DNA of 63,377 bases, filler included, from Rhabdomonas costata (lineage: Eukaryota): NCBI GenBank assembly GCA_019059605.1. It is 39 parts of 39 records of this genome, joined end to end, with 100 filler letters (N's around TTAATTAATTAA, not from the genome) between each part and the next. Parts side by side here need not be neighbours in the genome. Positions count along the whole stretch, not along the records: positions 13,027 to 14,554 come from JAHMHO010013753.1; positions 14,655 to 16,182 come from JAHMHO010013754.1; positions 16,283 to 17,810 come from JAHMHO010013755.1; positions 17,911 to 19,438 come from JAHMHO010013756.1; positions 19,539 to 21,066 come from JAHMHO010013757.1; positions 21,167 to 22,694 come from JAHMHO010013758.1; positions 22,795 to 24,322 come from JAHMHO010013759.1; positions 24,423 to 25,950 come from JAHMHO010013760.1; 31 more parts are not named here. One strand, given 5' to 3'. Both the position numbers and the translations under genes were made by a program. The notes under the pieces are model-generated. The model worked only from the letters and a program-made list of their open reading frames with translations, had not been told where the DNA came from and did no database searches. This document shows positions 13,027 through 25,637 of the stretch, one piece after another. The stretch's first letter is position 1. Every line of letters starts with the position of its first letter.

Positions 13027-13483
13027 TTGATGTTCAGTGTACCATTCTTTAGAGTTGGGTCGACGAGAACGTGGATGAAGTTGGGGATGTTCTTCTCTTT
13101 GAAAGAAAAAAGACAAAGGTGACTAAAGGACGAGAAGGCCAAATAATTTGCTTGCAAAACTGCCTGCTGCCCACACCGTAAAAGTCGTGCAAGGAGCGCG
13201 AGTTTTCAGTGTACGATGTTGAGTACCTGAGAAGGAGTAAATAAAAGGCCAGAAGCGTGACAAGGGCGCCAATGAAAACGAAGGAAAGACCAATTGAAGC
13301 ACACCAGCCTATAATTACGTTCTTTGGGTCCACCTTCTGGTACAGCTCCTTCATGATGCGCTGGAACTCAACGTCAATGGAGAGTTGCTCGGAACTTTGA
13401 GAGTGAGGGACAGGGAGGGAGTTTCGCACCTCCATGCAACCGTCAGGAGCCTTTCCCCCCAAAAGAGCACCGATGACGCTGTC
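13027..13483 (-). CDS. eIF3F: Translation initiation factor 3 subunit F, MPN domain (partial; exons 13483-13305, 13226-13177, 13096-13027)
   Basis: VIGALLG...EVRNSLPVPH...IDVEF...ELYQKVDPKNVIIGWYST...LHDFY...IHVLVDPTL; GT-AG introns of 78 and 80 bp. Confidence 0.88.
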
Positions 13484-13699
13484 CTGATAGCAACAAGAAA
13501 CCGAAAGGATGACAAGAAAAAGCTGCCTTGTTGCCCTGTGGTGCATCTTGCATTTGTCGTCAACCGGTTTTACAGGTGTAACGCAGCTGGAAGGCGGTTT
13601 CAACGAGAGCCAGGTTAAGCTATCATAATTTCATGAATAGCGTTCGCTGCTCAATCATGCACAGTTTTCGGCAGTCTCAGCTTGAGCTTGAGGAGCTTT

Positions 13700-13940
13700 T
13701 TTTGGGAGCCTACGCTGGGGAGTGGCTGGCATGCCCGAACCCCAGCTTTCCGGCGCAGCCCTGGACAACCGCAGATTCGCAGAACGTCCTTCGCTGGCGT
13801 TTGGCCCTCCCGCTGGACCTATCCGAAAAGTAACCCCTGTGCGTGACGTTTGTGTGCAGGACGTTTTTGGTGATCACGTCCTGTGCTGCAAGGCGCCCGG
13901 GTTGTATGGTCGTCACAAATGCTTGAGTGACACGGTGCAG
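13700..13940 (+). mobile_element. Decayed non-LTR retrotransposon fragment (CRE/RLE-type, zinc-knuckle region)
   Basis: AGEWLACP...LRWRLALPL, then a stop and frameshift, then QDVFGDHVLCC...GRHKCLSD, matching the AG.WL / R.RLGL / D..GDH...C / RH..L.D pattern upstream of the RLE domain. Confidence 0.7.
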
Positions 13941-14724
13941 TCGACCTCAATGCTCAGCTTTTACGCGCTCACGCGTTGTTTCACCCCTCACCCCTTGACT
14001 TCATTGTCCTGGCTACACGCTTCCTCCCTCTCCCTCCGCCTCCTGCCGCATTTATCCCCGCTTTTTTTTCCTGCATGCTGGACTTCCCAGTTGAACAATT
14101 CGCTCGACATTGTTTTTGTTGTTGCTGTCAGTGTCTGGACTTTGCGCACTGTTTTTTCATCACCTTTCTCTTCTATCATCACAGAGAAACCTTTTCGTTG
14201 GCAAAACTTTGCCCAAATGGGAGCAACTTGACAAATGAGACTAGAGCTCAGCACTGAGCCTGAGCACTGAGCATAAAACGCCTCCGTGCGAACACAGAAC
14301 CCCTGCAGTTTTTTTGCGCAAAGGGCAGTGATTCGGCATGGCGTGAGCTAAACACCTCAGTGTAATAAACGTATCCATGGAATTTCATGAAGACCAGCAG
14401 GGGGGCGTTTCACTTGGTTCACCCAGCATGAAGCTTAAAACTCCTCCGTGTTCGTGATCTTTCATGCATAGGGTGAATAACTGAGTGGCACAAGGAGAAA
14501 TAAAGATTGAAAAATTTAAAAGAATCCAAAACCAACCCAAACACTCCCAATACANNNNNNNNNNNNNNNNNNNNNNNNNNNNNNNNNNNNNNNNNNNNTT
14601 AATTAATTAANNNNNNNNNNNNNNNNNNNNNNNNNNNNNNNNNNNNNNNNNNNNGTGGTGGTGTGCCACCTAACGGGTTGAGGTGGGGTGTTGTGTGCGA
14701 CAGTATGAGAGAGAGATGGCTCAC

Positions 14725-14799
14725 CTTGCGGTCGACGGAGCGGCTGTTCACAATGGGACCCTGAGGCAGGGCGGGCGCGGCGTACGGGGCGCACTGCAT
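14725..14799 (-). CDS. Probable first exon of an unknown gene (MQCAPYAAPALPQGPIVNSRSVDRK)
   Basis: ATG, GC-rich codons, ends at an AAG|GTGAG donor. Confidence 0.35.
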
Positions 14800-17700
14800 T
14801 TTCTTGTGTTGTGTGCGTGGGAAAGGTCGCGCTGTTGACAAAAAGACAGCAATAGGGGGAATATCTTTGTTCTTTTACCGAACTTCTAAAATATTACCTA
14901 AATTTACACAAGAATAACAAATATGGATGTACACAGGGCTTCTGGGTTTCGCTAAATTCGATACTTACTTAATTGGTGTAAGAGTAAGACTATCTGCCTG
15001 AAGGAGCGACAACAACTGGGCTGACCCTTTATTGGTTGCGAATTCCTTTCACAAGGAGGAAGGCGTAGTCATTTGGCGATTGGGTGCCACTCCCACCTAG
15101 TGAAGGATTTATGGCAGATAAGTATTGAAATCTTCTTCACGTCCTTTACTACGACACATGCACATGCTTTCTGCCACGACCCAGAAGACTTGTTGTCACT
15201 TGTAACTCAGCAAGACTTGGAAGCTGGCTGGAGCTCTTTTGATACCGGAGCGTCAGCGAGTATACTCGGGTATCATCGGGTATCAACGGTAATGGCGCGA
15301 CCCTGAACTGGAATTTGCTGATTTCGTGCTGGTCGCGGTTTTGGGTTGTGTGTGGTTTGTGATGACTGGTTTTGTGGTGCGTGGGTTGGTGCTTGCCGTG
15401 GGTTGGCTGCTCTTTTTGTGGGTCTACTGCACGGTATTACGCTTGTGCCTCCGGTTTTACTCGTTTGTGGTTAATATGGTCTAGGGATTGGTTGCCTATT
15501 GTGTGTGCTTGGGTTTGTGGGTTTCGAGCAGCTTTGGTATTATCCTGGTTCATAGGGTTTGCTAGATTGGGTTTGTGTTCGCCTGACACAGAACGGCAAA
15601 TTGCTGCTGGAACTGCGCGAAAGAAACGTTAGAATTGTGAGGGCAGCTGACCTGGAATGCGGACCTAATTCACTGAAATCAGCTCCGGTGAGGCTCAAGG
15701 GGCCTCAACTTGTGGGTGTGGGTTTGCTCCGTACAGAAAGCGGGGAACTGTCTTGTGTGGCTGCGTTCCCACCACTCCCTGGACTGGTTCAGGCTGAGAC
15801 ATCATTACTGAAGCACTTGGTCGCTTAAGTGAAGCAACATGCTCTGCTTTTCTTGGCTCATGGAACCGTTCGAACCTAAAAAAAGCAAAAATCCCGATCA
15901 TCCGAAAATTCATTTGCTAAACACAACGTAGCGTGTACTGCCACCAATCTTCGGAGAGGACAAAAACTTGACGGAGCAAAAGTGAAGGACGCAGGTTGGA
16001 TTTTAAATCACAGAAAAACGAGCTCCACTAGAAGTAGTCTGGTTTCAATATTTGCTGTCTTGGGAATTTTGAAAAGGTGGCCCAATCCATTAAAATTAGT
16101 AAGGAATATGGTGATGACGTGCCCGCTTGCCCTCACCATCAACCATTGATGAATACAACCATACCCGGGACCACAAAACCCCNNNNNNNNNNNNNNNNNN
16201 NNNNNNNNNNNNNNNNNNNNNNNNNNTTAATTAATTAANNNNNNNNNNNNNNNNNNNNNNNNNNNNNNNNNNNNNNNNNNNNGTTGGTGTTTCACCGTCT
16301 TTGCTGGAAAAGGTGCTGTTGATCTTTGTGGCGTTGGACCATTATGTTCTATCTCAAGGTGTACGTTGGAAATTCTAAATTCTGTGTTTTCGGACTTCTA
16401 ATGTCATTTGATTTGTCGTTATTTTACCAAAATCCTGATGAAAGGGTGGGATCATTCCACGCTTTTTTCCTGTCAATTTGGTCGATCCTCTAAAAAACGG
16501 ACTTGGGACAACACTTGGTAGGAATGAAAGCGATGATGGTATTGATGGGGATTGTTTCAGATTCACGTGCCGCCAAACGGTGGGGACAACAACTGCCTTA
16601 TAAAAGGTACGGGGGATTGGCGGTTTGCAACGGAGTCACATTTGCAGTAAGAAGGCGGGTACGAGCTTAAGGATTAATCTTTTGACGATCGCAATGTCCG
16701 ATTTGTAGGTAAAATAGATGGTAGGAAAGAAGGGCGTTTGTATGACGGGTGGTTTGATGGGGCAGAGGAATTTGATACTCAACACAGCGATCCACTTTTA
16801 AAGTGGAGCGGCCGCATAGTCCCACACCACATCAACCCCATCATCAGTGGTGGGTTGCATGCCGTCTACCATGAGATACATCTTACCACTTTGGTCAAAA
16901 TCAGGGCCGGAGCGCATGCGGAGGTCATAATGCGGAGTATAAGTGGCGTTGTGACATGCAGTTTATCTCACCATAATCACCTTATAGATTAGAATTGGGA
17001 CTTTGGAGGCATTCTCGCGAGCTGCATTTCTCTATTGCGTCTGTGTTCTGACGGATGGCATGGCATCGTAACTCAGTGGATACAGCGTGACCGTAGTAGT
17101 AGGTGAAGCATCGAGGAGCGTAGAAACGAATGCAGCGACTGACGTGGTAACACAGAATACGCACCTGCATATGGCAGTCATACCGCTGCATGAACCAACC
17201 ACACACACTTAAGAGGAATTTGCCAAAATGACGTCTACGCCTCCGCTCCACCACCTACTACGCTACGCTCCGTGCCTCTGAACCAAAATTATGGAGTGTG
17301 TCAAAGCCAGCAGTAGGGCAACATAACAGGTAGAATAAGAGAAGAGGAAGATGCCATCCATGATGAATGATGCAACTTTCAATGCTGATGTGGACGGTTG
17401 AAAACCTTACCACCATGCCAGCAACACCAACACCGCTGCGCAGGATAACACTGTGCATGATGCTACTGGATGGGATGACATCAAAACACAGAATGGGTTG
17501 ATGCCGCTGTGACGCGGATGTCAGGATGAGGTCAATACCAAAGCAGCATCGGACACACGCCAACATCAAAATATAGCCATCATGAAAAGCACACTACCAA
17601 GGTCACACAGACATTGATTGATGCTGATGTTCCACAATTCTCTGCGCCATGATGCTGGTCACAGATTAGGACGCTTTGCCGCACAAAGGTTATGTATGAA

Positions 17701-17968
17701 GTGGGACATAACCCCATGGATCGCCATGACCCTGTGCCCAACACCACCAACAGACCTACCTAATCGCACACCATGCGCATAACATTACTACTAATAGGGT
17801 AACACAAACCNNNNNNNNNNNNNNNNNNNNNNNNNNNNNNNNNNNNNNNNNNNNTTAATTAATTAANNNNNNNNNNNNNNNNNNNNNNNNNNNNNNNNNN
17901 NNNNNNNNNNGTGGGTTTTTTATTTATATGAACAAAATACATTAGATAGAAACATTATATATAACATT

Positions 17969-19294
17969 ATGGTCGAAGACATATTTACAATTTTATATAC
18001 TTTACTTTCAACAAATAATAATGAAAACCCTATTTTTACTGATGTTAACAATCCTAACAATGTTAAAGAACAATTAAAATATGATAAACTCTCTTCTATT
18101 TATCTTCATATGATTCATTCTTTCATAAAAACACAATATTTTGTTATAACAAATTTTTATGATTATTATGGTAACGAATCACATTATGATTATGTTAATG
18201 ATAATGTTCCTGTATCTTATTCAAAAACTGGTTTTACGAAAAATGTAATTGACGATATAAATGGTATTTTTTATATCGTTCATCCTAACGAAAATGAGAT
18301 TAAACGTAATATATTAGGTAACATTTTAAATTCTTTTGAATTAGAAAAAATGAAATCTTTTTGGAAAAAACTTATGAATTTTCATTTTATTCATAATGAT
18401 GATAAAAAAAATATTTTTGATAAAACTTTAATTGGTCTATATTGTTTTGATTTATTTAGAGTTTTAGACATAGATAATATTCAATATATAATATCATATG
18501 TTTATTCTTACAAATATAAATGCAATAATATATTTCTAAATATTTTGTTCTTATTAAAATCATGTAATTATGATTTAAAATATTTAAGTGTTGATAAATT
18601 CGGAGTTTATAATTTTAAAAATAATGTTGGAGATATTAAAATATTTGTTGACATAATACAAGATATACACAATCCATTGATATGTTATAAATTTCGTTTA
18701 AATTGCAAAATTCTTGAATTTTACAAAAAATATATTTCTGAAATCGAAAATTTAGATGAAATCCATAATAAATATGCTTATATCATTGACAAATTAAAAC
18801 GCGTCGACGTTCGATATGACATTTACGATTGTGTTACTCTATCTTTAATGCATGGTTTTCATAATAACATTGTTCATAAATTAGATGTAACACCATATTA
18901 TATATCAATTATAAGACCTAAAATAAATAATGTTTTTACATTAGATTCTTATCGTGATGTTGTTAATACTACTCTACATAATATACAATTACATGGTTAT
19001 ATCCTATATCTAAATATAAATTTAGAAACAAATCAGATAAATTTTTTAATAAATTTTAAAATATCATTTATCAAAGAATTACCTTACATATTTACTCCTG
19101 TAATCGTCAAACAACATTTTTTCAATATTTTACAAAATAAAGATAAATCAAATTTTGTTATTGCTAACTATAAATTTACATCTCAATTAGATAAAATATT
19201 GCGTGATATACAATCACAATATAATTTCCATAATCATAAATTTTATTTACAATTAGAAAAATTTAAGTTTGATATTCCAACAATTGTTGAATAA
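17969..19294 (+). CDS. Intronless AT-rich hypothetical protein, 441 aa (giant-virus-like composition)
   Basis: Long uninterrupted ORF rich in N/I/K/Y/F in an extremely AT-rich contig. Confidence 0.85.
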   Translation: MVEDIFTILYTLLSTNNNENPIFTDVNNPNNVKEQLKYDKLSSIYLHMIHSFIKTQYFVITNFYDYYGNESHYDYVNDNVPVSYSKTGFTKNVIDDINGIFYIVHPNENEIKRNILGNILNSFELEKMKSFWKKLMNFHFIHNDDKKNIFDKTLIGLYCFDLFRVLDIDNIQYIISYVYSYKYKCNNIFLNILFLLKSCNYDLKYLSVDKFGVYNFKNNVGDIKIFVDIIQDIHNPLICYKFRLNCKILEFYKKYISEIENLDEIHNKYAYIIDKLKRVDVRYDIYDCVTLSLMHGFHNNIVHKLDVTPYYISIIRPKINNVFTLDSYRDVVNTTLHNIQLHGYILYLNINLETNQINFLINFKISFIKELPYIFTPVIVKQHFFNILQNKDKSNFVIANYKFTSQLDKILRDIQSQYNFHNHKFYLQLEKFKFDIPTIVE

Positions 19295-19438
19295 TTATAT
19301 TTTTGATAATTTATCGTTCTTGTCAAGTGTATTAAACCATTTTTCGTTATTTATTCGTAACTTTCTATCTTTATCTAATAATGTTTTCATTATGGTTTGT
19401 GTATTTATAAATTTATCTTTTTTATCATATTCATCAAC
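19295..19438 (-). CDS. 3' end of a convergent AT-rich ORF (VDEYDKKDKFINTQTIMKTLLDKDRKLRINNEKWFNTLDKNDKLSKI*)
   Basis: Frame open from the contig end to TAA at 19297-19295, abutting the stop of the 441-aa ORF. Confidence 0.6.
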   Translation of the reverse strand, partial: VDEYDKKDKFINTQTIMKTLLDKDRKLRINNEKWFNTLDKNDKLSKI

Positions 19439-19852
19439 NNNNNNNNNNNNNNNNNNNNNNNNNNNNNNNNNNNNNNNNNNNNTTAATTAATTAANNNNNN
19501 NNNNNNNNNNNNNNNNNNNNNNNNNNNNNNNNNNNNNNTGTTTTGGGGTGGCCCTGCAGCAAGAAATTCACACAGCAGTTCAGCGGAGGATGAAATGGTG
19601 ATTCAGAGATGAAGGTAAAAGATAATTTTGCAGAGGACGTTCTTCCGGTTCTCCACACAGAGAGTTTGGACGAAAAACATCAATCAGCACCTCCGAAAGT
19701 TTCGTGTTCATGGACACGTGCCATCAAAAACCCTTACCCTTGCAAAGACCACGCAAGTGCACAAGCACGTGCCGCGTTACTTGCGTTTTCGTCATGAGAA
19801 AAGGGAAGGGGGTGACCAGCAAAAAAAAGATTTCACACAGTGCCCAATACAC

Positions 19853-20706
19853 CTGGGCAGCCGCAGTCGCGCCGAGAACCGCAGTGCCTCAACAACGGTT
19901 GCCATTGGAGAGTGCACATCGGACTGCTCCACAAAGCTGCGACCGAATAAACACCCCGATGCCACAGACCGCACACATCAGAGAGATCCATACAAAGGTA
20001 TCCGTGCACAAAGAATTCGGCCCTTTGACTGGAAATTGCACGTGAAAGATTTGACCTTCACACCGCTCAACGGGCGACCTTTGTGAACAGGTCGGGCATA
20101 CGAAAGGGGAGGCCTTGGGTCTTTGCATATAATGGCACGTGGCACACAGGTAGTGGCTGGTCAATGGCAGAATGACAGAACATTATTTGCTGGAGTGTGG
20201 GTACTTCACCCAGACTACATCCCCTTGCACGTGCTGGAGAGCTTTTGGAGAATTTTGTTGCATGGGGATTCGGGGAATTGAAAATGACTTGCAGGTGATT
20301 CGTGGCTAGCTTTTGACGGGGAACCAGAGCACCGAAGGCCCCTGACTTGGCGGTGAGGTTGGAACAAGGACAGAGCACCACTGGGTGGCTGGATTCGATG
20401 GGAGAATTCTAGCGCACTGGGTTTCGGGGCTTCAAGACTATACAGACCTGCATTTGGGAGTGGGAAGGTGGGGCATATGTACCCCGTGATTCGGCCCATC
20501 GTCGCCTTGTCCACTGGTCGACCGTTCAAGAGGATATCCCCAGTGATCTGCCCCGTGGTCTTACGGAAGGCCAACACGTCCAGCAGAGTGGTCTTGCCCG
20601 CCCCGCTGCTGCCCATCAGCGCCGTCACCGTGCCCGGGCGGGCTAGCCCACTGATGCCCTGCAGCAGCGCCAGGCCGTACTGATGGTGCTGCCCAGGGAG
20701 ATCCAC
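19853..20706 (-). CDS. ABCG/PDR-type ABC transporter NBD (partial; exons 20706-20483 and 19936-19853)
   Basis: [39 protein letters not shown] (Walker A)...[34 protein letters not shown] intron. Confidence 0.95.
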
Positions 20707-21183
20707 CTGCGGTGCAACAAAACCGATCAGCACTATTTGGTTTCATCGGGAAGAACTTGTCCGAGCCTTTCCTTCTTCACACAAAACCATCTGAGAACCG
20801 ACGGAATGTAAACTGGTTCAGATTCTCTTTCGCCCGCCAAGGAAAGCTGAAGGAAGGCCTTGACCACAGCAGCAGTCATGGTCATGCTCCACACTATTGA
20901 GAGGGGATTTTTTGAGCATGCGGATCAGGTGCACGTGCACAGGTGCTATTTTTAGCATGTGCCCGAGCGGGATGAGAGGTGAGCCCCGCAAGAAATCGTA
21001 GGTTCCTTTGCCTCTGGCCGCCCGTATAGAATGTTTTTAAAATTACAGTCCAGTGTCCAAAACCCCNNNNNNNNNNNNNNNNNNNNNNNNNNNNNNNNNN
21101 NNNNNNNNNNTTAATTAATTAANNNNNNNNNNNNNNNNNNNNNNNNNNNNNNNNNNNNNNNNNNNNGGGTTGGGGTGTTCTAC

Positions 21184-22573
21184 CAGTATGGCGGCGTACA
21201 TGGTCCCGCGGCCATACTGGTAGAACACGCCAATCACCGAGAGAGTGAGCATGATGATGAAGATGAGTAGCAACTGCACGCCTGAATTGAGTTCCCCCGC
21301 AATGGTTCGACAGAGAGGATGCCTGGAAACCATGAGGAACGGAACAATGAAGAAAGATTCAATAAGGAGTGCATGGAGTCCCGTGGGGTAGTGCTGTTGG
21401 CTCCACGGCGATCGAATATCACCCGAATGGCAGCGGCGTGCATTCTGCATTTCGAATGGAGACAGATTGATGCATTGTGGTCGAATTCGACACGCTGAGT
21501 TTTTCTAGCTGTAACTTTGGAAGCACGGCATGTCGTAATTTTGCTGCGCAGCCATGCAACCTGCGTCACGCTGGTGAAATGGAAAGAAGCACGAGGAGGC
21601 CGGGATAGTGGCCAAGAAAGTTAAAATGGGGTGTTGAGAATATATCCTCTGGAAACCTGTGCCCACAATGGAGGAGAACACCGTCTTGAACTTCGGGAAC
21701 CGGAAAACGTCAGCGTGAAGAAGCTTCCAACCCGTTTCCTCTGTCTGGTCTGTCGGAACCGAACAACACACCCGTGCTCACCACAAGTTGCGTCTGCTCC
21801 TTCGTCAAAAGATATGGGGCACATTTGTGGTTCATACGCAGATTCGATCCCCACCCGCACCCAAACAGAAGCGCGTGAGAATATTGCAACTACCCGAACT
21901 CGAACATGATTTTTACACAGGACTTCTTTTTGGGGGCCATGATTGAGGTGGCGACTCCCCTGGCCATGATTGAGGTGGCGACTCCCCTCCCTGTTATTGT
22001 CACCACATCTGCGCCGGCCAAAGACAGCCTTTGTCGTCCGTTTTATACCGCGAAACCGCCCCGGGACCCCGTCGATCGTCGTTCAGGAATAGCATCCGTC
22101 CGTCAGTTGGCAAAGACAAGTGGGGGATCATTCGCTTTCGCATTAGCATGGTATGGAACCAAAAAGGAAGACACACGGCGGGGAACATTCTGAACGATCA
22201 TGGAGGATGGTGTTAATCTCGTTGCATGAGATTCCAGGAGAGAAGAAATAATGTAGCAGGGCAAAATATAATGACAATACACCGGTGTGGCGCAAAGAGC
22301 AGCGAAAACATTGCTAGCGAAGTTGGGGAGCTCCTCCAATAAATTTGGGTGAGAAAGGGGTTGCAATGAGGCAGCGCACAGGACCATCATCTTCGGGAAT
22401 GTCAGTGTACTTCTGGTAGTCCTTCTTCAGGATCCGCATCACAATAAAAGCCAAGAAGCCCGTTAGGAGGACGACCAGGACAAAACTGTTGACGATGCTA
22501 AACCACTGGATCTCAATCTCGTCCTCAAAAACCTCTCCGGCGTTGTTCGCAGCCCGATCCTCGAAAACAACGT
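21184..22573 (-). CDS. Transmembrane 9 superfamily protein, TM9SF1-like (partial; exons 22573-22385, 21749-21657, 21281-21184)
   Basis: EIQWFSIVNSFVLVVLLTGFLAFIVMRILKKDY...EETGWKLLHADVFRFP...GTGVQL...YGRGTM; phase-consistent GT-AG introns. Confidence 0.95.
21935..21988. repeat. Tandem duplication of a 27-bp unit (GGCCATGATTGAGGTGGCGACTCCCCT x2) in a TM9SF intron
   Basis: Direct repeat visible in the sequence. Confidence 0.9.
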
Positions 22574-24566
22574 CTGTGATGAGTTCCGTTAAGGAATGAC
22601 GGCGCGAGTCTTCGAATTGTTCGACGGTCAACCAGCCAACCAACAGACAACGGAGAACGGAATATTCCAATGGGTGAACTGTCGCAACAAAAACNNNNNN
22701 NNNNNNNNNNNNNNNNNNNNNNNNNNNNNNNNNNNNNNTTAATTAATTAANNNNNNNNNNNNNNNNNNNNNNNNNNNNNNNNNNNNNNNNNNNNGGTTGG
22801 GGTGGTGAAAACCGACCGCCAAGAAAGGTGCGGTGGTGGTGGTGGTGGACCAACCTGAGACGTCTCCGTGGGGTCAGACATTTTCATCCAGATGCTCCAG
22901 ATGCAAATGAAAAAATGTCAAGTACACAGCACAGAGCCAAAAGGGGAGGAGTCGAGAGAAAAAAAGGCGGGAAAGAAAGGCAGGGCTGCGCAGAGAACGT
23001 TGCAAAAATGCTGCACGTTTTGCACGTTGATGACCTGCTAAAACCCTCAGCAAGCCACCAAAGACGGACACGACGCACAGGGCCATACCGCAATGGCTGG
23101 GAACAAATAAGAGGTGGGAGGGCAAGGGCTGTGAATTGTCACCATCACAGTTACAGTTTTTTGTAGTGTTGCTTGTCCAGGGCTGAAAGGGGTTCTATTT
23201 CACATTGCAACCCACCAAATAAACTTGCAAGGTAGCGCCAGTGCATCTCAAACGCGATTTCCATCTGGGGCTAGCGTGAGGCCAGCACTGTGGTTCGGGC
23301 CAGGAACGAGGCCGTGGCAAGGCTTCGAAGAACGAGTGTTAATATGGAGTCAGCCAAGGTGGAAGGAGCGACAACGGAATGTCCTACGAATTGCTGCCAC
23401 TGGCACCTGCAACCAATGAAAATCGCTGCGAATGTCGTTTACGACCGGAAGACATGGCTCACTTCAGGCAAACTTTTGGCGTCAAACGGTACTTAAAGGC
23501 CCTTGACTGGGGTTCGATCCAAAATGATGCTTCCGACAACCAAGACATCCAAGCGCTCTACCAAGCACACGAAACCCAATGCACCGCACAACGTAATGGT
23601 GAGGTTAACTGCCAAAGAACGCGCAGAAGATGAGAAGAAGCACGTACAAAGCGGATTCCAGTTCGCGCCCTGTGTGGTGCCGTGTGTGTGTGGCCGTGTA
23701 GCGGGGTTTACCTCCAATTATTACTTCCGCTTTGCTACGGCACACACAGTCCTTCGTATAGAAGCAAAGCAGCGGCCAGCGTGGCAGTACCCACTCACAC
23801 CAAAACCTGCACACTCTCGTGCCTTGTGCTGCAGCGCGAGAGGAAGAACAAACACGACACAACGGATGACCCGAACCAGTTCAATCATATCTGAAGATGC
23901 ATGTGCGCGCCGCGGCAAAAAAGAGGCAAACGAGCGTCAAAGGATACGTCCGGGCAGTGCAGCCAAAAAATGGTGGCAGGCCATGCTGCCCGACGAGGAA
24001 CGCGCACTCAACTGATTTTGCGATGGGGGAGATGGGAATGGAAACGAATGTCCTCTCCCGCTTGCTCCATCGGGCTACTACCCCCACACCCTCGCTCTTC
24101 CTCTCCTCTCTCTCATTTCGAATTGAAACGGCCCACTATTTTTCCCGCTCGCCCTTCAATGAAGCACGGAAGGCAGTGGGACAGTGGGACAAAGGGGGAC
24201 GAAGGATGAAGGAAGGTCTCTGCTTGACTCACGTTGGAACTCCAGCGGCGGCCTAGGACCAGGAAACGGCTGGAATGCGGGGATATGACGCAAGTTAGTG
24301 TATGTGGCTCTCCCCACACAACNNNNNNNNNNNNNNNNNNNNNNNNNNNNNNNNNNNNNNNNNNNNTTAATTAATTAANNNNNNNNNNNNNNNNNNNNNN
24401 NNNNNNNNNNNNNNNNNNNNNNGTTGTTTTTGCCAAACCCGCCTACGCGGAGGCCTGCCTTGGGTGTCCCCAAGATCAGATGGATATTATTTTGCATTTT
24501 ATCATGATTAAATTACATGATTAAATGGCTTAACTGCACTTTTGTACACCACCCAGAATTTTTGCC

Positions 24567-24755
24567 ATGTTGTCTCCTTATGACTTGATTTCTATTGCAA
24601 ATGACGAAACGAAACTCTCAAAATGGCTTCAGAAATACAAGATTGCTCCTCTGGGGGAACGGTTATGTCCTTCCTGTGGGGCCAGGATGCGTCCCTCCGA
24701 GCATAGGGGAAAGCCTGGCTTCAGCTGTTCTTCTAAGTCTTGCCGCAAGAGCTGA
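24567..24755 (+). mobile_element. Merlin/IS1595-like transposase N-terminal zinc-ribbon remnant
   Basis: KWLQKYKIAP...RLCPSCGARM...GFSCSSKSCRKS: CxxC...CxxxxC layout typical of ISXO2/Merlin transposases; truncated, no DDE domain. Confidence 0.55.
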
Positions 24756-25545
24756 CCTCTTCGTGAAGCTGTTTGAACACATCCGTGATGGCTACTTCCA
24801 GTGATTTTGGTACACTTTGTTGGGGGGTCAGGTCAAAAGCCCCCTCCCCTGCTTGAAAGGATTTCTTTCGGATTTAAATTAACTGGACCAGTAAAGAGAG
24901 TGACTGAATCAATGTAATCACGTTTTTCTGGACGATTAAATCATTTCATCACCGTGAATCAATCAATCAATGTGTTTAAATCATGAACACCCTGCACTCA
25001 CCCCAGGAAAAAAGTTCAAAAAGAGCAAAGCGAACAATTAGCTTCACTTTAGACGTCAAAAAACCGGGGTCAGAGAAACCAAACGCCAAACCTTCCAAGG
25101 TGAACGAGCGGCTTGGAGCGGTACCGTCCAAAACAATGACGGAGGTGTTCCCCTGAGAAACCCGCCCCCAATAATCAAACTAAAAACCAACTCATCTCCC
25201 ACGGCACTGCACCAGATCTTGCGCACTCGTGGTGCATAAATGGATCCAAACGTGTCTTGACAGGCCGCTCGTTGATGACGAATTGTACCTACATTTTTCA
25301 TGATTTCAATTGAAAGGTCTGAAGGGGTGAGCTGGGCAAGCCCCGAAGGAATTTTGAGGAGGGAGTTTCTTGTCCAACTTGCGTCAGCGTGCGCGTGTGT
25401 ACATACGCTGTGTGGGGTTTTCTCACCTACAGAGAGGAAGACTAGACGCCCCCACCCAGTTATGCAGCAACAAGTCAATTACGACCCTCGCCAGGCACAC
25501 ATTTCGATGTCTTGCCGCTCCCACGAGTGCCGCAACACAGAACAC

Positions 25546-25637
25546 CTGCAGGACTTCGTCCACAAGCGGGGCGAACTCCTGGGCGTAAAGGTCCTGCTGC
25601 GAAACCGACTCGCCGTACACCTCGGAGACTTCAACGC
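25546..25637 (-). CDS. Kinesin motor-domain-like exon
   Basis: SEVYGESVSQQDLYAQEFAPLVDEVLQ|GT resembles kinesin D.VF....SQ..VY.....PLV..VL.G. Confidence 0.6.
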
